From contig OZ024741.1 in assembly GCA_964016885.1 (NCBI GenBank), forward strand, positions 345,154,001 to 345,218,000: a DNA stretch of 64,000 nucleotides. The letters are read 5' to 3'. Positions 1-11,902 of the stretch are shown here, in pieces. A program made the translations under genes and the position numbers. Source of the stretch: Eledone cirrhosa (taxonomy: Eukaryota). Each line of letters begins with the position of its first letter. Position 1 is the first letter of the stretch. The notes under the pieces were generated by a model. It had not been told where the DNA came from. It searched no databases and saw nothing but the letters and a program-made list of their open reading frames with translations.

Positions 1-129
1 ATTGTTTTCGTTGGAACTCTTCTTCTAGAAAATACAGCTGTTCCTTAGAAAAAGTAGTTCGTGATCTTTTAGGTCGGTCAAGGTCGAGTGCTTTAGGGAA
101 AACCAGCTCCCGTATTACACCATTGGCGT
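1..129 (-). CDS. Vax: Vax-class homeobox gene, homeodomain-containing exon (runs off the window edge)
   Basis: Minus strand reads (D)[42 protein letters not shown], matching the Vax-specific [19 protein letters not shown] motif plus homeodomain helix 1. It is preceded by the acceptor ccttctcttttcag, with the AG at + positions 130-131. Confidence 0.9.
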
Positions 130-353
130 CTGAAAAGAGAAGGCATGTTTTATATATCTTAATTTAGGTTACAATTAGTGAATCATAATTTTCTTGGTTA
201 AAGATATCGAATGGGCCCTTTGATGGTCTACTAGATTCCAGACGGAGGCAAAAATATGGAAGTGTCTGTAAATCGGTAGAGAACAACTATTGCAAGGGAC
301 GTCTAATAATATACATTACACACACACACACACATATACGATAGACGTCCCTT

Positions 354-416
<63 letters not shown>

Positions 417-597
417 TTGTGTGTGTTTGTGTGTGTGCGTGTGTGTATGTGTGTGTGTGTGTGTACAATATGTACAATAAATGTCTGAATATAAAGTTTT
501 ATTCTTTTTTCTAACTTTTATAACTTTCATAAAGTTATTTACATATTGAGCATTTGTAAATTTTGTAAATAAAATCGGATGGTTCTTTTTACACACC

Positions 598-656
<59 letters not shown>

Positions 657-723
657 ATAAATGAAAGAAACAAAACATAGGAGGCAATTTTTGCAGTTGT
701 ATTAGGAGTAATATAACATCCCA

Positions 724-1600
724 TCTCTCTCTATATATTAAATTCTTTGTCTCTCTGTCTGTCGATCTGTCTCTTCCTTATACATTCTCAAACGGTTCGA
801 CCAAATCAAATCAAATTTTATAAGGTAATAGTATTAGACCCCAGGATTAACAACATGTAATTTTTATTTTCATTTGGATTAAAACAATATAACATTTTAT
901 CTAAAATAATCTACTATAGACTATAAGTAAACGGACATTTTGTAACACGACAACGACGTCAGATTTTGTATATTAGTGTGTATGTGTCTGTGAGTGTGTG
1001 TTTGTGTTTGCGCGTTCGTTACATACGTTAGGCCTTAGTAAGTTACATACACACACATCTTCACGTAAATATTTAATCGGATACACAGAGAATTAAACAC
1101 ACACACACACATCTACACATATATATACATATGTGATGACTGACAACTATATGTGTGTGAGTGTATGTGAGTTTGAATTTAAGAGGATTCAGTTTCCAGT
1201 CAAATTTTGTTAATTGAAATAACAAAACCAAGTTTTGTTATTTCAATTAACAAATCTCAGGGTCAATCCCGGAAGTTAGTTGGACTTGATCTCTCTACTA
1301 CATCTTTCTCCCACGGTCCACTCTATGTTGGTTGCTCACGAGTTGGAAGTAGCAACAATGTATTCATTTGGACAGCAACAAAAAATTACGCAATGAATAT
1401 TGTTTACCCTGAGGTGCTTCAACATTGACAGATTTTCATTTCTAAATACTATTATCATTACAAATTTGATAAATTCTTTTTTATAGAATATAGATATTTT
1501 GAAATAATCATGAGGAAAAATATATATATCTTCATATTTATTGTTTAATAATCTGAATAAAAACAACAGTAACTTGGGCAACGCCAGGACACTCAGCTAG
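724..1600 (+). mobile_element. Non-autonomous Helitron with a PIF1-helicase C-terminal remnant
   Basis: A|TC 5' end, imperfect 3' hairpin and CTAG|T at 1597-1600. 1207-1428 encodes INKSQGQS..VGLDL...FSHGPLYVGCSRVG (Rep/Hel helicase motifs V-VI). Homologous to 37981-39218. Confidence 0.85.
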
Positions 1601-1718
1601 TATATATATATATGGGATGCTGTTTAACGATTACTCCTTTGCGTATGCTCCAAATGAATTTGTTGGGGAGATTGTAAACAAGATCGAAATCACTGGATAT
1701 CGATCTAAACCCTTATTA

Positions 1719-3274
1719 TGTCCCCTCTCGTCCCTCTTGTACGTATTGGCTCTCGAGCCGTTACTGCACAAACTGGGGGCGATGAGGGGCGTCCCACGCG
1801 AACTAGGATGCGGGAAATCCGAGTCGGCTTACGCCGACAACATCACTATGGTGGTATCGAGCACCAGACACGTCCAGATGCTCGGCACCGCTCTCAAGGA
1901 ATACGAAGCGGTGACAGGAGCAAAGATAAACCTGGAGAGGCAAATCCATGCCGTCCGACAGCGTCGTGGGGCGTTGGACGGACGGACCGGTTAAATTGCT
2001 CGGGGTCTGGTTCGGACCGGACCTCCAGATGGAGAAAAACTGGAGCGAGGTGATGAGCAAGGTGGCCTCCCTCACCCAGAAATGGGCCGAGAGGAAACTT
2101 TCCCTGAAAGGCTGGGCGGAGGTGGCGAATGCGTACATCGCTTCCGTCATCTGCTACCGCCTCATCGTTGTCCTTTGCCCCGGCCCAACTCTCACCAAAA
2201 TGGAGCGCCTGCTCTTCCGCTTTTTGTGGAAGGGACGCGCTCCCATGGTCAGACGATCCATCTGCTGTCAACACCCGTTGCGTGGAGGACTGGGCATGCC
2301 ATGGCTGATGATGCGCAAACATGCGCTGAGGTGGCGACATCTCTGGTGCTTCCTTGACGGTGAACAGGTGTGGTCGCCGTTCGCCAGGCACGTTTTTCTA
2401 CAGCTCGTCTCCTTGACGGAGCTGCAGTCCTGGGTCAGGAAAAGACCGAGGGATAGCGCTTGGAAACTGGAATGTCTCCAGGCGCTCACTGCCCTCTGCC
2501 AGCTGCGCAACAGTATCGGTGGAACATCCACCTCGGCGTTCTATAGAGGACTAGTGGAGGGGAATAGCAACAACGTTCTCGGAGAGATCCTGGGCGTCGA
2601 AGAAGATCAGCTGTTTGCTCTCTTCCGGAGAACTTTCAGCCCAGTGCCTATGGATAACTTCCAAAAATCCCTGGCCTGGCAGTGCTATCGGGGAGCTTTG
2701 ACGGTTCGAGATAAGCTCTACAGGCACGGAAGTGCCGTCAGCCGAGCCTGTCCGAGATGCGCGCAGAACGACGAAACCGTCGTGCACGCACTCGTTCAGT
2801 CGAGCATTGCTGACTTGTGGAGCTATGTCGAACAGTTGCTGTCGCGTGTAGGACTGATCCGGTTATCGATTGAGTCCATTGTGCAGATGGTTTCGCCGAG
2901 GAAGGGCGGGCGAGGAGGAAGGGCGGGCGGTTTTCATCTGCCTGGTGGCCATGGCGAAAGAGATTGTGTGGTGGACAAGGTTGAAAGGGTTAAAGACAGA
3001 CACTTTCCTCTTCGGCGAATCCCTAATTAACTTTTTCAAGTTTCACTTGTGTGGTTTTCGCCACGAGTAACCCTCGGTGGTTTCCTCCCTATTGGGAAAT
3101 CTTTCATTGTTTTCAATTTTCATTCTTATTGTTTATATATATATATGTTTCTATGTCTTTTTTCTTTTCTTATATAAATAATAAAAATATTTACACGCAC
3201 AAAACCCACATCGTACCGTCCTGTTCCGTCTGTGATGTTTTTCTTGATGTCAGCCCTTGTGGCCAATAAAGAAA

Positions 3275-3306
<32 letters not shown>
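1719..3306 (+). mobile_element. 5'-truncated Tx1-like (L1 clade) LINE, copy A
   Basis: RT 3' part (CPLSSLLY, AYADN), C-terminal CPRC..ETVVH Cys/His motif, 3' end cccttgtggccaataaagaaatc followed by (ATT)n at 3277-3306. Frameshifted. Confidence 0.9.
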
Positions 3307-6300
3307 TTTTGAGTCTCAGTCATTGATGTTAGTTAACTGGAAAGTTTGTTGAAATGAATATCAAGCCACTACCTGCAGCCTCAGATATTCAGGACGTATC
3401 GGAGGGTTCTTGCTGTTCCCAGCAAGCATGCCTTTTGAAGCGTTCCAAAAAGCGTAAAGGGGCCAATTTTCTTTAACCATCCCTGGAAACTTTTTGAGAT
3501 AGTCCCTAGTGCACCTATGACAATCGGGATCACTTTGACTTCATGGCAGTTCCAAATCCTTTTTACTTCCCACTTTAAGTCCTGGTATCGGTTAATTTTC
3601 TCCCTCTCCTTCTCTTGCACTCTCGTGTCGAATGGGCAGGCCACATCCACAATCAGGCACGATCTTTTTTCTTTGTCCAAAACCACCAGGTCAGGTCTAT
3701 TGTGTTCCAGTTTCTTGTCCGTCTGTATCCTAAAATCCCACAGCACCTTCACCTGATCGTTTTCTATCACCGCCTCTGGCTTATGCTCATACCACTTCTC
3801 AGAATGTGGTAAATTGTTTACTTTGCATAGGTGCCAGTGGATCACCCTGCCCATCACATCATGTCTCCAGCCCTTACAGTGAGTCTGGGCTAGGTGTTTA
3901 CATTCGGATACAATGTGAGCCACAGTCTCCTCTCTCTCTCCACAGATCCTGCACAGTGGGCTAGCCTCCTCCTTGTAAATGTGGTGTTTCAGCCACTTCG
4001 TTTTGAGGGCCTGCTCCTGCGCAGCCATTAACATTCCTTCTGTAGCCTTTTTAAGGTATCCTCTTTTCAACCAGTTCCATGTCTGTGGAGCTCTAAATTC
4101 AGTTTTCTCAAAGAAGGTACTATGAAGGGATTTTTCCTGAAGGCTGCTCTTTCTCCTTGATGTTATTTCCTCCTTGGACATCCCCTGGCCTATTGTCCCC
4201 TCCTTCAGTACAGTTCTGAGCATTGGCTCCTTACTATCAGTCACGTATTTGTGTATGGTGTTTTTCTCCAATCTGAACACAGTTCTCTATGCTGATAAGA
4301 CCTCTTCCACCTTCAGATCTCCTTAAGTAGAGCCTATCGACATCACTCCTCTTGTGGAACATATTGTAGATAGTCAATAGCTTCCTAGTCTTCCTATCCA
4401 TTTCTTTTTGTTCAGCAACATTCCATCTCAGAATTCACGCACTGTACCTAATAATAGACACAGCTCAGGAATTTACTGTACTTATGGCATTCCTACTGTT
4501 CAGATGTGACTTTAATACGCTCCTTACTCTCCGAAGGTATTCAGTTCTTATCAATTCCTTCATTTTTTTGTTCTTGATGTCATAAGCCTCCAGAACGCCC
4601 AAATACTTGTATCCTTCCTCAGAGTCAATTTCCTTTATCATCTAACCTGTTGGTATCTGGATTCCGTTACTTCTGCTCAACTTACCCCTCCTCATCACAA
4701 TGACTCCACACTTACTAATACCAATTGAATACATATATCATTGCTGAAAATACGGACAGTGTCAACAAGCACATCCCACTCCTTCTCACTCTTCCCGAAG
4801 AGCTTAAGATCGTCCATGAAGAGGAGGTGATTGATGGTAAGCCCTCCCTTTCCCAACATGTATCCTGCTCTCACTTTTCACAGTACACTGGTCAGGGGCA
4901 TCAGGGCAAGGACAAACAACAGAGGGGACAGACTATCTCCCTGGAAGATACCTCTCTTGATCTTCACGCTTCCCAAGGATTCTCCAGTTGATGTTAACTC
5001 TGTTTCCCAGGACTTCACACTTTTGCCCAACAACTGTCTGATGTTATCTGCCACCTTGAAGATCTCCAGGCTTTTGGTGATCCAAGAATGAGGCACCATG
5101 TCAAATGCCTTTTTGTAGTCTATCCATCCCATGGCAAGGCCAGTGTGTCTCCTCCTGCAATTCCTCATTACCATCTTTTCAATAAGTAACTGGTCCTTTG
5201 TACCACGTGACTTCTTTCGGCATCCTTTCTGTTCGTCCGGTAACAAGTTGTTTGTGTGGAGGTGGTGGTAGATTTCCTCAGACATAATACTTGTCAACAG
5301 TTTCCACATTACGGACAGACATGGGATAGGTCTATAGTTGGTAACATCATTACCCTTGATTCTGTCTTTCATTATCAGAACTGTGGTACCTTTTGTCAAC
5401 CACTCTGGTACCTCACCTGACATCAAGCAGTCATTGAACATGGCTGTCAGTTTCGGGTGGAGGGATGTTATGTTTTTAATCCAATACCCCTGCACACCAT
5501 CTGGGCCAGGTGATTTCCAGTTGGTTAGTTTTTTGGCCTGCCCCTTAAGAGTTTCAACTGTGATACTCAAATCAGTTTGTTGGTGTGCCTGCTCACTGAT
5601 CTCCTTCTGTACTGTCTCAATCCACACTGCTTGGTCATTATGTTTAACATCCTGCTCCCATATTCCTCTCCAGAATGTTTTAGTTTGTTCCGCCTCAGGG
5701 ATCAAGTCGTTACCTCTTTCTTTCCCTTCAAGCTGTCCAAACAGCATCTTCTGGTTGTTGTCGAACATGCGGTTCTGTCTATACTGACTGACTCTGTTCT
5801 CGTATCGCCTAATCTTTTCACTCTTTGCTACAATGCGTTGCTTCAGTTCCTCTATAATAATAGTTAGCTTTTTCCTCCTAGTTTTGTACTTTATTTCCAG
5901 TCTATTTTTAGTGTCTATGTTTTTTAGTGTCCCATTCAGTAGGGACTCAAGCTTTCCAATGTCATTTCTCATTTCCCTGATTTGACCACTCAGTCGTTTC
6001 TTCCACCAAGGCTCTGCTCTCTCTTGTCTGTTGTTTCCTCTCGCTTTTATACCAAGTAGTTTCCTCACCGTATTTGCTGTTGCTTTGAGGATATTGTTGC
6101 ACTGGTGAAGGCTCCTCGCCTCAAGGTATGGGATGACTTTGTTTACCTTAGCTGTTGTTTCTTTTAACTTTTTCCTGTCTACAAATCTTAGGTTCATAGG
6201 TCTCCCACTATCATTGTTCAATTCATCTACCACTAAGTTTAGGATATCTACCAAATCTTGTCCTAGCCCGTCAGCATTCATCTCCTCAGTGGCCGTATCT

Positions 6301-6577
6301 CTGATCCAGGTATTATTTATCTCAGCATTCAGATCATTGTCTGTTTCGGGTGGTTCCTCCGTTCTCTCGACCTCTTCACCTTCATTTCCCACTGGCTCGT
6401 TTGCCAGGCATACCCCACCCTCCATCTCCAAGCTAATATCTCTGCTCAGTTCCTCCAGTTCCAACTCGCTCATCCACCCATTAGTTCTTATTACCCGAGC
6501 CTGCCCGGCCAGTTTTTGTTCATCTAATTTAAATGGACCAATCTCGTTCCAGATGTTATGCATCCTTTTCCTATAGC
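3307..6577 (-). mobile_element. 5'-truncated R4/Dong-like LINE (RT + CCHC + REL endonuclease), copy 1
   Basis: ORFs 4878-6611 ([20 protein letters not shown]) and 3381-4280 (CRICGEREETVAHIVSEC, RHD, RPDLVV..IVDVACP..KINRY). The 3' end abuts (TAA)n. Confidence 0.9.
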
Positions 6578-9500
6578 AGCTATTGAGGCAGTGGAGCGCA
6601 GAACGGTGCATTACAGATGCATCTCAGCACAAACCAAAAGTGCAGCTTTAATTCCGCAAGCAGATGTCGAAGTCTTGCTGAGGTGCATCAAAGAAGACAC
6701 CGAATACATAGCGAAGGGCAGACAGTACGGCACCATTTCGGTGCTGTTCAAGTCAGAAGCCCTCGCTATGAAACACGCTATGAATCCTTGCAAAACCAGC
6801 AAGGTCATAATGTACCCCTCCTACATGGGGAAAAGAACGGCCCGTCTCTGCATTCCCAGAATCCCACCAGGATTTGACATGTGGTGGCTTCTGGGATGTG
6901 TGATTGTGGAGAATAGGGATACCGTCCTGATAGAAGTTACAAGAACGGCCAGAGAGGACTGGTCCGGGGTTGACCTGGAGATTATTCTCCAGATCAGGCC
7001 CGAGAATGAGAAGACAATCCCGGAACACATCCGCCTTCAGAATGGGACGATCATTTATATTATGACCGAGGGCAAAAGGCCGCAGTGTTTTGTTTGTGGG
7101 GAAAAAACCCATTTGTGAGCCTTCTGCTCTCAACTGCTGAAAGATGCATGGGGTCGAAGGGATCCACTGCTGCCGACGCCGGGGCGAGGACCACAACCAA
7201 TACCAGCACCGGCAAAACCATCAACAACAACACCAATAGAAAGACCACCACCAACATTGACCACCCAGGGGGGAAACGAGGAAAGTTGTCAAATCCCCCC
7301 CCCCCCCAATACAGACATCAATAAAAACATAAACACACACACAGACACACTTACAGACACAGACCCCTCATCTACCAGTAGTGAAGATGAGGGAAAACCC
7401 AAATCCCCCAAAATTCAAAAACAGGAAACACAAAAAGGAAAAAAAAATCAACAAAGCACAAAATCACCCACAATATAAAATGCAGACACCACCCACGCAA
7501 ACATCTCTCCAATAACATCAACATCAACACCACCATCGCCACCACCAGAATCCCCCAAACGCAAACAACCGAAACAGACGCAAGAACAAATATACACACA
7601 AACATCTGAAACCACAGACACCGCACTCACAACAAACACAGACACAGTCGAAACAACACCACCAAAACCATCACCACCACAGCCACGCAAACAAATAAAA
7701 TCACACCAACAAAACATAAAAAACTTCGTGCTCGTGCGGAGGGCCAACAAGGAACTGATGGCCATCGTAGCACGAAGTGAAAATATACAAAAAGAGGGGG
7801 ACATTTTTAAATCGAGCACATTTCGCGTGCTGGAAGATTTGTTCTGGTGCGAATGTCGCTCGACATATTCAAAGAAATACGAGACAGCTTTCCTCGGGAC
7901 GTGGGAACCCCGAACGTAAAACCCACTTCAAGACTTTTAAAGGGGTTCCCAAAAGAAACCCCACCAACTATGGAGGTCGAACAACCCGACCTTCACAAGA
8001 GCCCGGAAAGTAAGTAAACCTTCCTCTCTCTCTGTTTAACCTGCCAACATGGCTGTATTAAGAGTAGGATGTTTAAATGTTCGAGGCCTGGGATCGTCCT
8101 GGAAGCAGGGTCACCTGCTCAACGATCTCAGGTCTATAGAAATGGATGTAATTACAGTCAGCGAGACCAGGATTTCCGACACGTGCGCACTAGCCCCCAT
8201 TTTCGACGACTATCAGATCTCTGCATCTGTTAGCCGGCCGGGAATGGGAAGCGGGGTGGCAGTGCTGTTTAGGAAAGGCCTGGATCTCGAGGTAAGGTCG
8301 ATCTTCCGGGACCCGGACGGGAAGTTGGTGGTCCTGGACGTGAACAATAACGAAGGTGGTGCCTTTAGACTGGTGGCCGTCTATGCTCCTACTGGGGCAG
8401 GACGGCCGGTCTTCTTTAGACGCCTGGAAGCCTTTCGGGTACGTCTCGCTCTTTGCTGTTAGCGGGGGTCTGGAACGGCATCTTAGACGCACGCTGGGAC
8501 TGTGTGGGAGTCTCCGATAGGAGCGGGGTGTGTGCAAAAGCCTCAAGAACCTGATCAGCCAGTTCCAACTGTCTGACAGGTACCGACTAGATTTCCCTAA
8601 TGCACCAGTGTGGACCTGGGCTAACCGCATAGGGTCATCTAGATCGTATATAGACAGGATATTCATTATGAAAATAGACAGAAATAGTGTAAGCTGTCCA
8701 CGTTTTGAAACGGTCGCCTATTCAGATCACAAGTTTGTGATCTGTATGGTCGACCTAGACAAGACGCGTTGGTTAGGACCTGGTTACTGGAAGCTAAAAA
8801 TGTCATTTCCGGCACGTAAGGCTTACAGGGACCAGGTCAACAATTTAGTTAAGAAAAAGTTGACAGGGTGAGTCGTCAACAATAGATGGTGGGGGGTTCT
8901 CAAAAGAGAGATTAGAATAATGTCGATAGAGTTTAGCAAAGAAGTAGCGTTAGAGAAAAATAGAAAGGAGGGGGAGTTGGTAGATAAGTTAGACGAGGCT
9001 ATTGGTAGTGGCATTGCAACTGACGTGCTAGCGACGAGAATGGCATTAGACCATTTCTTCAATGCGAAACACGAAGGTTGCATTGTCAGAGCTAAGGCGC
9101 GTGCTCTGAGAAACGAGGTAACCAAAGCTGTTCGATGGGCCCGCATGGCGGAGGCGCAGCGTGGTAATAAAACCACGATTCGGTCTTTGACGGACCGAGG
9201 CGGGCACGAGCTGAGCGATTCCAAGAGGATGTGTGAGGCCTTTCGCCAACATTTTGCTCGGTTGTTCGGGGGGAAGTGGCGAGTCAGAGATAGTGGCGGA
9301 CTTCAGTCCCTACCTCGATGGCTTGCGGCAACTCTCGTCGGCTGACGCTGGGCGCTGCGAAAGGCCAATTACTTCAGCTGAGATTCAGGATGCCCTTGTC
9401 GGCTGCCTGAGGCGCAAGTCACCCGGTTTGGATGGTCTGCCCTACGAGCTTTACGTAAATATGCCAGACTTGTTCTCCAATCTCCTCGAAGCCCTCTACT

Positions 9501-11720
9501 GCAAATGGCAGCAAAACGGGAGTATTCCCAGTTCTGTGAGCCGGGGCGTAGTGACGCTGATAAGGAAAGACGAGAACAAGAGGGACACATTAGACAATTT
9601 CAGGCCCATAACTCTGCTCAACACAGAGTTTAAGATTTTGGCCAGGGTGTTAGCGAAGAGGTTGGCGCTTGTTGTCGGGGATTTGATTGGGGAGGCGCAC
9701 ACTTGCGCAATCCCAACCAGGTCCATACACGACAACCTCCACCTAATGCGATACATCATAGAGAGGGTAGGGTGTAAACCTGGCTTCGTTGGGGCTCTGA
9801 TCAATTTAGATCAATCGAAAGCATTCGATAGGGTCGACCATCGGTACCTGGAGGCTGTCCTCAAGGCGGCTGGCTTCGGCACCGTCTTCAGAAGCTGGAT
9901 CGCTGCAATGCACAGCGGCACCTGCTCGATGGTCAAAATTAATGGCCACCTCTCGGAACCGTTTCAGGTCTCCCGATCGGTTCGTCAAGGGTGCCCTCTC
10001 TCCTCCCTTCTGTACGTATTGACTCTCGAGCCTTTACTGCGGAAGCTGGAGCTGTTGCAGGGCATCCCGCTCGAACCGGGACGCGGAAAGGCTGTGTCGG
10101 CTTATGCGGACGACATAACCGTGATGGTGTCGGACACCTCAGAAATCGAGGTGGTCGGGAACTTATTGGAGGAATATGAAAGGTTGACGGAAGAAAAACT
10201 TAACCCGGAAAAGTCAGTGGGCTTGCAACTCGGCACCTGGAGAGGCAAGTCCATGCCGTCCAACAGCGTCGTTAGGCGCTGGACGGACGGACCGGTAAAG
10301 TTGCTAGGGGTTTGGTTCGGGTCAGACCTCCAGGTGGATAAGAATTGGGACGAGGTGACGGGAAGGGTAGCCAGTCTCACCCAGATGAAGCTATCACTGA
10401 AAGGTCGGGCGGAGGTGGCGAACTCGTACATCGCGTCCGTCATCTACTACCGTCTGACTGTCGTCCCTTGCCCCCGTTCGCGCCTCGCCATTTTGGAACG
10501 GCTCCTCTTCAAATTCTTGTGGAGGGGTCAGGTTCCGCAGGTGAGGCTGTCCATCTGCTGCCAGCACCCTCTACGTGGAGGGCTAGGCATGCCGTGGCTA
10601 ATGATACGCAGGCAGGGCGCTGAGGCTGCGGCATCTCCAGATATTCTGCCTAAACGGTGAACAAGTGTGGTCGCCGTTTGTCAGACGGGACTTTCCGCAG
10701 CTCGTTTCTTTGACTGAGCTGCAGTCCTGTCCAAGAAGAGACCGAGACTGGGTGACTGGCACTCACTGCCCTCTACCAGGCTGGAAATGCGGTCAGTGGA
10801 ACTTCCACTCTCGAGTTCTATAGAAGATCAGTGGTGGGCAAGTGCGACGACGCACTCGGAGAGGCTCTGGGAGTCAACGAAGTCGAACTAACCAGTCTGT
10901 ACCGGAGGACTTTCGAGCCGGGGACGATGGATAATTTCCAAAAATCCCTCGCTTGGCAGTGCTACCGGGGGGCACTGCCGGTTCGAGATAAACTCTACAG
11001 GCACGGGAGTGCTGTCAGACGGACCTGCCCGAGATGCGCGCAGAGCGACGAAACCGTTCTGCACGCACTTCTCCAGTGTCCGTGCATTACTGACTTGTGG
11101 AGTTATGTTGAACAGCTGTTGTCGCGTGTAGAACGGATCCGGCTATCGGCCGAGTCCATAGTGAAGATCGACCCGCCGCCTTCTTTTGGCCAGGAAGGGC
11201 AGGCAATTTTCCTCTGTCTAGTGGCAGTAGCGAAAGAGGTTGTATGGTGGACGAGGTTGAAAGGACTGAAGACAGACACTTTTCTCTTCGGCCAATCCCT
11301 CATCAACTTTTTCAAGTTTCACTTGGAAAGGAAGTTGAGGGTGGAGAGAGAAGTGCTGCCCCCCAGTACATTTGCTGAAAGGTGGGTGAATTTGGCGAGA
11401 ATGGCCCGTGTGAGTGGGCCTACTCTGGTCATGCGGCTGTAGGTAGGTAAATTTGAGGAGGAGAGGGGTGCCCTTCCCGGGTGCTCTCGAAGCGTCGGGT
11501 CGTTCAGGACTGGTGGGGTACCTGAGCGAACCCTAGGTGGTCATCCCCCCCTATTGGGGAATTTTTTTTCTTGTTGTAATTTTATTGTTACTTTATTGTT
11601 ACTTTGTTATTGTGATTCATATTATTTACTCGATTTTTCTGTAAAACCCCACTGTCCCAGTCTGTTGTATTGTCCCCTATATGTTGGCCCTTGTGGCCAA
11701 TAAATGAAATCATTATTATT
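6578..11720 (+). mobile_element. Tx1-like LINE copy B: 5'-truncated ORF1 and disrupted ORF2
   Basis: ORF1 remnant with EGKRPQCFVCGEKTHL zinc knuckle. ORF2 from ATG 8049 has APE (NVRGL, SETR, YIDRIF, SDH), RT (QGCPLS, YADD) and a Cys motif to 11442. Ends ccttgtggccaataaatgaaatc(att)n. Confidence 0.92.
8049..11442 (+). pseudogene. ORF2 (APE-RT-Cys) of Tx1-like copy B, broken by frameshifts and stops
   Basis: Consecutive fragments 8049-8462, 8530-8871, 8920-9345, 9233-10660 and 10831-11442. Confidence 0.9.
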
Positions 11721-11902
11721 TTGGCAGTATCGGTAGAGGGTCGGACGCCATGCTTTCGAGCATAGTTTCGTCCCTTTACGATCTGAGTTCAAATCCCGTC
11801 GAAGTTAACTTTGCCTTTCATCCTTATGTGGTCGATAAAATAAAGTACTGGGTAATTGCTGGCATTGTGCCAAAAGTAGAAACAATTATTATTATTATTA
11901 TT
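11721..11902 (+). mobile_element. tRNA-derived SINE with (ATT)n tail
   Basis: A box TGGCAGTATCGG, B box GAGTTCAAATCCC, central aactttgcctttcatcct..ggtcgataaaataaagtac domain (Nin-like from memory) and att tail. Confidence 0.9.

Noticed and set aside
234-353. Highly degenerate hammerhead-like trace and 13-bp inverted repeat near the Vax acceptor
   Set aside because: Core has several mismatches (cagacgg, gtaaa); the repeat is too short to interpret.
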